Origin: Candidatus Marinacidobacterium sp.
GTDB taxonomy: Bacteria; Acidobacteriota; Vicinamibacteria; Marinacidobacterales; Marinacidobacteraceae
Direction: 5' to 3'
Assembly (NCBI GenBank): GCA_965204755.1
Contig: OZ242011.1
Location: 3,264,001 to 3,328,000, forward strand
DNA: 64,000 bases
Part shown: positions 49,741 to 56,720 of the stretch, piece by piece
Layout of the letters: each line of letters starts with the position of its first letter
How positions within the stretch are numbered: position 1 is the first letter of the stretch
Made by a program: the position numbers and the translations under genes
The notes under the pieces: model-generated
Told to the model about the DNA's origin: nothing
Databases searched by the model: none
The model's input: only the letters and a program-made list of their open reading frames with translations

Positions 49741-50106
49741 GTGAGCCGATCGGGCGCCGGGCGGATCTACCGGGTCACCTTCCTGAACCAGGGGGAGGTG
49801 TACGAACTCTACGCGCGCTCGGTGGGGCAGGGCGCGATCTTCGGCTTCGTGGAGATCGCCGACCTGATCTTCACCCACACCGAGCAGAAGGTCATCGACC
49901 CCTCGCGCGAGCGGCTGGCCAAGGAGTTCGACGGGGTGCCGCGCACCTACATCCCGATGCACTCGGTGCTGCGGATCGACGAAGTGGAACGGGAGTCCGA
50001 AGCGCGGATCCTCCGGCGCAGCGACTCCGGCGGACGCAGCGAAGGCCGCACTCCCGATGTGCGCATCTTCCCGGCGCCGATCCCGATCCCGCCGATCCGC
50101 GACTGA
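49741..50106 (+). CDS. DUF1820-family protein
   Basis: IYRVTFLNQGEVYELYA, FGFVEI, IDPSRERL..EF, IPMHSVLRIDEV. Confidence 0.82.
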   Translation: MSRSGAGRIYRVTFLNQGEVYELYARSVGQGAIFGFVEIADLIFTHTEQKVIDPSRERLAKEFDGVPRTYIPMHSVLRIDEVERESEARILRRSDSGGRSEGRTPDVRIFPAPIPIPPIRD

Positions 50107-50448
50107 CCCCCCCGACGCGCGGGCCGCGCGGGCCGCGCGCGTCGCCCACGCCCCGCCGGGGGTCGGCCATGAGCCGCCCGCGAGCCGGACCGTCCGGCGC
50201 CGGCTTCGTTCCCGTCTTCGGGTTCCTCGCGTCCGGGGCCTCGTCAGCGGCGGGCGTCCTGCCCGGCGCCGGGCCGCAGGCAGGCGCGGAGGACGCCGAG
50301 GCGATGGGCGACGCGTTCGCGGGGTTCAACCGGCCGGACCGCCCGGGTTGCGCCGCGGGAGCGCTCCGGGGCGGCGAGTTCGTCTTCCGGGGCGCCTACG
50401 CGAAGGCGACCTCGACCGCGGGATCCCGCTCGACGCCGATTCGGGCCG

Positions 50449-51183
50449 TTACCCGGGCTTGACCGCGGAGAACGCGGCGAGCGGCGGGTCGTTTCGGAGC
50501 AGGTCGTCCCAGAACGGGTCGTCCTTCGATTCCTCGGGCGCCGTGAGGCCGCTCCAGCGGAAGTCCCGGAAACCGGCTTCGCGGAAGGCGTCCGCGTAGG
50601 TCTCCGGCTTCAGGTAGAAGTTGCGGAACTCGAACGGTTCCCCGCCCGGCCCGAGGAACCGATAGACGATGGGCTCCCCTTCTTCGGGGTCGGGACGGCA
50701 GGTCTTCCAGAACCCGTACTTCTCGTAGGAGACTTCCCCCCGCGGCGGGTTCGCGATGTTGTCGTTCACGCCCAGGAAACGCCCGCCGGGACGGCAGGCG
50801 GCGTAGCAGACGCGAACGAACCGCCGGAGTTGCTCCGCGTCCTGCGCGTAGTTCAGCAGGAACATCGCGACGACGGTGTCCGCGACCTCGCTCCCTTCGT
50901 AGTCGGCGGCGTCGCGGCAGAGATAGCGGCAGCCGAGCGGCTCGCTCCGCTCCGATTCCTCGGCGAGCCGGATCATCTCGGAGGAGAGGTCCACCCCGGT
51001 CACCGAAGCGGCGCCGGCGCGCTTCATGAGCCGGCTGTAGTGGCCCTCGCCGCAGGCGAGGTCGAGGATGTCCCGCCCGCGGATGTCCCCCAGGATCGCG
51101 AAGAGCGTGTGCCCTTCCACCCGCCGGAACGGGAGGTCCTTCGACTCCCGGTAGGCGTCGGCGATGGCGTCGTATTCGGCCAT
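50449..51183 (-). CDS. Class I SAM-dependent methyltransferase
   Basis: ILDLACGEG, GVDLSSEM, FLLNYA, RPGGRF. Confidence 0.88.
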   Translation of the reverse strand: MAEYDAIADAYRESKDLPFRRVEGHTLFAILGDIRGRDILDLACGEGHYSRLMKRAGAASVTGVDLSSEMIRLAEESERSEPLGCRYLCRDAADYEGSEVADTVVAMFLLNYAQDAEQLRRFVRVCYAACRPGGRFLGVNDNIANPPRGEVSYEKYGFWKTCRPDPEEGEPIVYRFLGPGGEPFEFRNFYLKPETYADAFREAGFRDFRWSGLTAPEESKDDPFWDDLLRNDPPLAAFSAVKPG

Positions 51184-51236
51184 GAGTCGGTTCCTTTCGT
51201 CGGTGTTCGGGTCGGTGTTTCGCCGCGCGGCGGAGG

Positions 51237-52313
51237 TTACGGGTTCGCCGGCGAGCGGAAGATCCCCTTCGGCAGGTGCATGCTCACCAGCATGTGGGGA
51301 ACATCCACCGTCTCCGAGATCTTGAGGTCGCCGGCCAGCGAAGCGAGGACATACGCCTCTTCGCGGGTCAGCCCGCGCTCCTCGACCAGGTAAGCGATCA
51401 TGAAACGCGTCGCCTTCTTCGCCGCTTCGTCGATCGTGGTCGCGAACCCGGTGACCCCGTAGTACTCGTCGGTTTCGTACTGCGGTTCGGTGATGCCGCG
51501 CGGGTTCGGCATCGTCTCGAACTCGAGCACCAGCCGCATCGGCGCCTCGATCGCCGTGCCCGAAACCTCGCCGTCCCCCTGAACCGCGTGGGCGTCCCCG
51601 ACGGAGAAGAGCGCGCCCTCCACCTGCACCGGGAAGTACACCGTTGTCCCCGGGCGGAGGTAACGGTTGTCCATGTTGCCGCCGTTCTCGCGGGGAGGAA
51701 TGGTCACCAGCATCTCGTCGGTGTCCGGCGCGACGCCCATGACCCCGGCGAACGGCGCGAGGGGCAGGGTGACCCGGTCGTTGAAGGCGACTTCGGTCGC
51801 GCCGGGCGCCATCTCGAAACCCCGGATCCACGGCTCGGTGAACTCGTCCGCGAGGAAACCGAACCCGGGAAGGATGGTGGCCCAGCCCCAGCCCTCGACT
51901 TCCGCTTCGTGGATCGTCACCGCCAGCAGGTCGCCGGGCATCGAGCCTTCGACGAAGATCGGCCCGGTGAGCGCGTGGATCAACCCGAAGTCCAGGTCGG
52001 CCAGGTCTTCCGCGGTGGTCTCCGGCGTGATCTGGTTGTCGGAGGCCTCCTTGGTGCGGACTTCGACGACCGCTCCGGAGGGGACGGTCAGCACCGGCGG
52101 AATCGCCGCGCTCCACCGGTTGTGGGTGTTCTCGCGGCCCAGGCGGAAGTCCGGCGTCGGAACGGCCGGCGCAGCGCTCTCCGCCGGGGTGGGGGCCTCC
52201 GGTTCCGCGCCCGCGCCGCAGCCGAGCGCGACGGCCGCCGCCGAACCGAGGGCGGCGGCGAAGGCGGCCGCCGGCCGGCGGCGGGAAGGGGCGGATTCGG
52301 CGTGGTCGGTCAC
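51237..52313 (-). CDS. Acetamidase/formamidase family lipoprotein
   Basis: Lipobox ALGC, HNRW, HALTGPIFVEG, GGNMD, GDAHAVQGDGEVSGTAIE. Confidence 0.9.
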   Translation of the reverse strand: MTDHAESAPSRRRPAAAFAAALGSAAAVALGCGAGAEPEAPTPAESAAPAVPTPDFRLGRENTHNRWSAAIPPVLTVPSGAVVEVRTKEASDNQITPETTAEDLADLDFGLIHALTGPIFVEGSMPGDLLAVTIHEAEVEGWGWATILPGFGFLADEFTEPWIRGFEMAPGATEVAFNDRVTLPLAPFAGVMGVAPDTDEMLVTIPPRENGGNMDNRYLRPGTTVYFPVQVEGALFSVGDAHAVQGDGEVSGTAIEAPMRLVLEFETMPNPRGITEPQYETDEYYGVTGFATTIDEAAKKATRFMIAYLVEERGLTREEAYVLASLAGDLKISETVDVPHMLVSMHLPKGIFRSPANP

Positions 52314-52468
52314 GGGGGCAGGGGCTCCTTTCGGGTCTCGGCTGCCGCTCCCCCTCCCGGGTCCGGCGTCCCTCCACGCCAGCGGATGGAACGCCTTCCC
52401 CGGGGCGCGAACGGGCGGGCCCGGCGCGCCTAGACTAACGGCGAGTCGCCCCCGGCGCCCGTGAGTCG

Positions 52469-53494
52469 ATGCGCGTTTCCCTCCTGCGTGTTCCCGCCTT
52501 CCCGCTGTTCGGCGTCCTTGTCGGCGTTCTGGTCGGCGCCCTCGCCGTCCTCGCAGCGGCCGCCGCCGCCCCGAGCCAGCCGCCCGCCTCCGCCGCCCCG
52601 CCGCCGCCCGCCGCGGGCGACCTCGAGCAGGAGCAACGGAAGACCACCGTCGGCGACCGGTTCAGTTTCGTGATCCGGGTGCCGAGCGTCACCCTCGATG
52701 TCGTCGTCTCCGACGAGCGCGGCCGGTTCGTGACCGGCCTCGGCCCCGCGGACTTCGTGGTGCTCGAAGACGGCCGACCCCAGGAGATCGAGTTCTTCAC
52801 CGCCGAACTCACCCCCGTGAGCAGCCTGCTGCTGCTCGACACCTCCGCCTCGGTCCGCTCCAGCCTCTCCGCCATCCAGACCGCCGCCTACCTGTTCCTC
52901 CGCACGATGGCCGACCGGGACCGGGCGCGGGTGGCCACCTTCAGCGAAGGCGTCCGCTTCGGCCCGCCCTTCCAGACCCGGATCTGGGACCAGGTGGCGA
53001 TGATCCGCGCCATGCGCCCGTTCGGGAAGACCGCCCTCTACGACGCCATCCTCACCGGCCTGCAGGAACTCTCGATCGTCGAGGAGCGGAAGGCGATGGT
53101 GCTGCTCTCCGACGGCGAGGACTCCGGCCGGGCGGCGAAGGGCAGCGTCAGCACCCGGGAACAGGCGCTCGAAGGCGCGCGCCTCTCCGAGGGCGCCATC
53201 TACACCGTCGGCTACACCGGCTGGAGCCCGGACGGCGGCGGCCGGCTGAACCGGGATTTCCTGGACGCGGTGGCGGAGCAGAGCGGCGGGCGCTCCTTCT
53301 ACCCGGAGGAGGTGGAGGAACTGCCCCGATACTTCCGGGAGATCCAGCACGAACTCCACCGGCAGTACCAAATCGCCTACCTCCCCTCCCGCGACCGCAA
53401 GGAAGGCGGCTGGCGCACCATCGAAGTCCGGGTCCGCGACCGCCCGGAACTCACCGCCCGCACCCGCAAGGGCTACTACGCCGCGCCGGGGTAG
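52469..53494 (+). CDS. VWA-domain protein, acidobacterial type
   Basis: V.LDVVVSD..G.FVTGL...DF.V.EDGRPQ, MIDAS DTSAS, TALYDA, SDGED, QYQIAY, RTRKGYY. Confidence 0.9.
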   Translation: MRVSLLRVPAFPLFGVLVGVLVGALAVLAAAAAAPSQPPASAAPPPPAAGDLEQEQRKTTVGDRFSFVIRVPSVTLDVVVSDERGRFVTGLGPADFVVLEDGRPQEIEFFTAELTPVSSLLLLDTSASVRSSLSAIQTAAYLFLRTMADRDRARVATFSEGVRFGPPFQTRIWDQVAMIRAMRPFGKTALYDAILTGLQELSIVEERKAMVLLSDGEDSGRAAKGSVSTREQALEGARLSEGAIYTVGYTGWSPDGGGRLNRDFLDAVAEQSGGRSFYPEEVEELPRYFREIQHELHRQYQIAYLPSRDRKEGGWRTIEVRVRDRPELTARTRKGYYAAPG

Positions 53495-53559
53495 GGACGC
53501 CCGCGCGGCGCGGCGGATGGATGTCCGCGCCGCCGCCGCGCCCGGTCTCGACCGCCCTC

Positions 53560-53588
53560 TTGCGGCCGGGCGAGGCGCGGGCTAATCT
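53560..53588 (+). promoter_or_regulatory. Sigma70-like promoter of RNA unit A
   Basis: TTGCGG-17 nt-TAATCT, 7 nt before GCACTT. Confidence 0.65.
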
Positions 53589-53595
53589 TCCTACC

Positions 53596-53735
53596 GCACT
53601 TCCCCCCCTCGGGATCGTGTCCGGATCGGCAACCGGTTGCCTTTCTGGATACCCCGGGGGCGATTGCCTTGAGATGGCGGTTGCGCAATGCGGGTTCCGC
53701 GTCATCGGGGGGTGCTTCGCGGTCTCAGCCGGTCG
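53596..53735 (+). ncRNA. Putative structured small RNA, unit A
   Basis: GCACTT leader; stems CCCTCGGG/CCCGGGGG, GTGTCCGGA/TCTGGATAC, GGCAACCGGTTGCC; 67/70 identical to unit D; 3' end uncertain. Confidence 0.65.
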
Positions 53736-53935
53736 AGGTTGAGCCTCGCTTCGGGTTTGGCGGCGGGACGAGGGGTTGCGCGTTCGACCCCGGCTCACCC
53801 CTTCGGGTCGAGCCTCCCAACCCGAGATGGCCGCTGCGGCGGCCGACCGGCCTCCGCCCGGTTCTCCGCGCTGGCCCGGCGGAGCCGCCCGAACACGCGG
53901 TGCGCGCCGGCGGCCGCCGGCGAGCCCCCGCGGGC

Positions 53936-53964
53936 TTGATGTCCGGGGAGGCTCTGGATAGCAT
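53936..53964 (+). promoter_or_regulatory. Sigma70-like promoter of RNA unit B
   Basis: TTGATG-17 nt-TAGCAT, 8 nt before GCACTA. Confidence 0.65.
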
Positions 53965-53972
53965 CCTCGCTC

Positions 53973-54050
53973 GCACTAACCCCCCCGGGGATTTCGTCTT
54001 GGGCGGCATTCGTCGTTCGTGGCGCCCCCGGGGCATTCGCGTTAAACGGG
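53973..54050 (+). ncRNA. Putative structured small RNA, unit B (diverged)
   Basis: GCACTAA leader; CCCCGGGG/CCCCGGGG, CGTC/GGCG, GGGCGGC-ATTC-GTCGTTC; same architecture, different apical sequence. Confidence 0.55.
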
Positions 54051-54096
54051 GCGCCTGCGCGTCCCGCTTCCCTGAACCCCCGCTAGTATTCCGACC

Positions 54097-54182
54097 GCAC
54101 TTAAGCCTCCCGGGATCGTGTCCAGATCCGGCAACCGGTGGCCGCTCCGGGCGCCCCGGGAGTGATCCTTCTCGTCGGGAGG
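54097..54182 (+). ncRNA. Putative structured small RNA, unit C
   Basis: TAGTAT -10 at 54084-54089; GCACTTAAG leader; compensatory stem CTCCCGGG/CCCGGGAG, GTGTCC/GGGCGC, GGCAACCGGTGGCC; second hairpin CCTTCTC-GTC-GGGAGG. Confidence 0.62.
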
Positions 54183-54385
54183 TGGCCGCCGAGCGATGAG
54201 GCTCGGCGAGTCGAGCGGGTTCTGAGCGGAGTCAGGCGTTCCGGCGTTCGGCGTCGCCTCGCTCCGGCCGTCTCCGACCGTCGCTGCTCCGAGCGGTCGT
54301 ACCGGTGCCCCCGCCTGCGGGGCGCGTCCGGCCCTCGGGTTCTTCCCGGTGTCGGGGCGCCAACTGGACTGGGCCCACCACCGTC

Positions 54386-54414
54386 TTGACATCGCGGAGG
54401 GTGCCGTCTACTAT
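54386..54414 (+). promoter_or_regulatory. Near-consensus sigma70 promoter of RNA unit D (possibly also the NYN gene)
   Basis: TTGACA-17 nt-TACTAT, 7 nt before GCACTT. Confidence 0.8.
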
Positions 54415-54421
54415 TCCGGTT

Positions 54422-54570
54422 GCACTTACCCCCCCCGGGATCGTGTCCTGATCGGCAACCGGTTGCCTTTCTGGATACCCCGGGGGCGATTCTCTTAACG
54501 GGGAGAGGGCGGCTGTCGGGCAAGCGGGTTCGGCGTCGTCGGGGGTGTTCTGAGCAGGCTCAGCCGGTCG
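54422..54570 (+). ncRNA. Putative structured small RNA, unit D
   Basis: Near-identical core to unit A; second hairpin CTCTT-AACG-GGAGAG; similarity to A continues to CTCAGCCGGTCG. Confidence 0.65.
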
Positions 54571-54833
54571 GCGGCTGGGCGGCGCTGCGGATGTGGCGGT
54601 TGGGCGAGCACTTGCGAGTTCGTCCTTGGCTCGACCGGTCGGCCGGGCCGCGGATGTGACCTCGCGGGCCGCGTCGCGCGTTCGTCTCCTCCGCTGTCTC
54701 TCATCCTGTCGCGGATTCGCGCGGAGGGCTCGTGTACGAGACGGACCGGCATGGGGCGCGAGATGCCGCCCCGGATGACGAAGTGGATGATCGGTCCACT
54801 CGCCGCAACCGGGTCGGCGGTGTCGCCAGCGAA

Positions 54834-55484
54834 GTGTCGAACGCGTCCCTTCCGCCGCTGCCGCTTCAGCGAGCGGCCGTGTTCATCGATGGAAGCAACT
54901 GGTACTACGGACTCAGAGGAATCGGGGTTCGCAGCGGCCATCTCCATTATTCGGAAGTGGCTCGCAAACTCGCCTGCGGCCGGAATGTGTGCGCTGTCCG
55001 ATACTATGTCGGGAAAGTCACTACGCCTATCGCGACGGCCAAGGCGCAAGACGACTTCTTGGCGGCGCTGCGCGAGCAGGGAGTGCGTGTCTCTTTGGGC
55101 CGGATGCAGCGCAATCCCATGAGCCGGCGGGCCGCGGATGACCGGAGTCGGCTGGCTCGCGCCTTCGCGGATCGCGACCATGAGGTTCCGCCCGACCTGA
55201 TGCGAACGATCGACGCGTTCTGTCGCTCGCGGCCGCCCGAATACCGGGAGAAGCAGGTGGATACACGGATCGCGGTGGATCTCGTGGACCTGGCGCACCG
55301 AGACCGGTACGATGTGGCTTATCTACTCTCCGCAGACGCCGACTTCCTTCCGGCAGTCCAGGTAGCGCGTCGTCTCGGTAAGGGAGTGTTCGCTGTCGCT
55401 CCATCCGGAGGGGACGAACTCAAGGAGGCAGCGACCGGTTTCATAAAGGTCTCGGCAGACTGGTTCGAGGGCCTGTACGCCTGA
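54834..55484 (+). CDS. NYN-domain (LabA/DUF88, PIN-fold) ribonuclease
   Basis: VFIDGSN, YYVG, EKQVDTRIAVDL, LLSADADFLPAV, GKGV; acidic catalytic set intact; start GTG 54834 or 54732. Confidence 0.9.
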   Translation: MSNASLPPLPLQRAAVFIDGSNWYYGLRGIGVRSGHLHYSEVARKLACGRNVCAVRYYVGKVTTPIATAKAQDDFLAALREQGVRVSLGRMQRNPMSRRAADDRSRLARAFADRDHEVPPDLMRTIDAFCRSRPPEYREKQVDTRIAVDLVDLAHRDRYDVAYLLSADADFLPAVQVARRLGKGVFAVAPSGGDELKEAATGFIKVSADWFEGLYA

Positions 55485-55736
55485 GTAGATCGCGGTTCTC
55501 GATGACTCATCGAGACGGCGCCGAGGTCGCGGTCGTCGGCAGGCGACGGATCGCAGACATAGGCCCGCGCTTAGCTCCGGGTGGCTCCCGTTCTCGCTGC
55601 GGCCGCGGAGGCGGGTGGATGCGTACGGGTCTCGGTATCGGAGGCGGATGAGCGCGTCCGGGCGGGGTGGTCGGATCTGTAGGCGGCAGGGCATACGATC
55701 TACCGGCGGCGGCGCATGCGGGGGGAGTTCGGGGTG

Positions 55737-56687
55737 ATGGATGCCCGGCGGGTGGTTCGGCGGTTGGTTCTCACCGGGGCGGCCGAGGAGGTCGTGGACC
55801 CGGGAGGCGGGTTCGCGGTGGCGGGGCGGGCCGGGGACACCGAGATCGCGGTGGCCGGGGGGCTGCCGCGGACGGCGGCGGCGCGGGCGCGGGGGCTCCG
55901 GGCCGCGTGGAGGCGGCGGGTGGGGAACACGCCGCGGACGCTCGTCCTGCTCGCGGATGATCTCGGTGGGGCTGCGTCCGTCCCGCGGGTGCTCGTCGCC
56001 GGGCCGGCGGAGGCCGACGCGGGGCCGTACTCGGTTCCGGCGGAAGCGCTGCTCGCCGCGGTGGAGGAGTACGCCGAGCGGCCCGACGGGGTGGGGCGGA
56101 TCCATGCGCTCTCGCGGCAGTTGGAGCGGCTCGCCGGCATCTGCGGCGCGCGGGCGCGGGCGCCCGAATCCGAAGACTCGTTGGAGCGGCTGCGCGGGAC
56201 GGAGTGGTGGGAGGGCGCGAGGGAGCGGACGGCCGCGATCCGGCCGGGCGACGGCTGGCGGGAGATCCTCGGCGCGCTCGGTTACCGGATCGAGCGGCGT
56301 CCGGTCGGGTACGCGCTGCGGAGCGGCGGCGGCGCGGTGGCCGCGGTCGTGATTCCCCGCCGCGACTCGGCCGAGTTCGACGCTTGGGACGACGGCCGTC
56401 CTCCCGAAGCGCGGCTCGCGGAACTGGCTCGCGCCGAGGGGGCGGGTCGCGGGATGTTCGCCGCCGACGACCGGCTGCGCCGGTTCCGGTTCGACGCGCC
56501 GGGCAGCGACGGCGATTGCGGGTGGATCGAACTCGACGCGACCGCGCTCGGCGAGGAGAATCGACCGTTCCTCGCCCTGCTCGCCGCGGACCCGCTCGAG
56601 GTCGCGACCGCTGACGGGCGTTCGGTCGAGCCCGGCGCGCTCGGCCTCGCGACGCGGGAAGTCGCGGCGTCGCCGGTTTCGGCGTGA
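55737..56687 (+). CDS. Stand-alone paralog of the N-terminal ~280 aa of the downstream RM enzyme
   Basis: Colinear similarity: MDARRVV/MDAERVV, AWRRRVGN/RWKQRVGN, GPYSVPA in both, WWEGA, RPPEARL/RPPEGRL, WIELDA..L.EE.RPFLAL. Confidence 0.75.
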   Translation: MDARRVVRRLVLTGAAEEVVDPGGGFAVAGRAGDTEIAVAGGLPRTAAARARGLRAAWRRRVGNTPRTLVLLADDLGGAASVPRVLVAGPAEADAGPYSVPAEALLAAVEEYAERPDGVGRIHALSRQLERLAGICGARARAPESEDSLERLRGTEWWEGARERTAAIRPGDGWREILGALGYRIERRPVGYALRSGGGAVAAVVIPRRDSAEFDAWDDGRPPEARLAELARAEGAGRGMFAADDRLRRFRFDAPGSDGDCGWIELDATALGEENRPFLALLAADPLEVATADGRSVEPGALGLATREVAASPVSA

Positions 56688-56720
56688 CGCGCCAGGCCGG
56701 AGGACACGGAGTTTCCGACG

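Noticed and set aside
50107-50448. 97 aa ORF (50169-50462) and short CGCGCGGGC tandem/hairpins between convergent genes
   Set aside because: No RBS or motif; GC-rich low-complexity sequence, at most terminator-like.
53596-54570. CRISPR array interpretation of the four repeats
   Set aside because: Units are 70+ nt, irregularly spaced (377, 124, 325 nt), diverged and individually promoted, and no cas genes are present.
53495-54730. Short ORFs predicted across the RNA array on both strands
   Set aside because: No protein motifs, inconsistent frames between repeats, and they cross promoter elements; better explained as non-coding.
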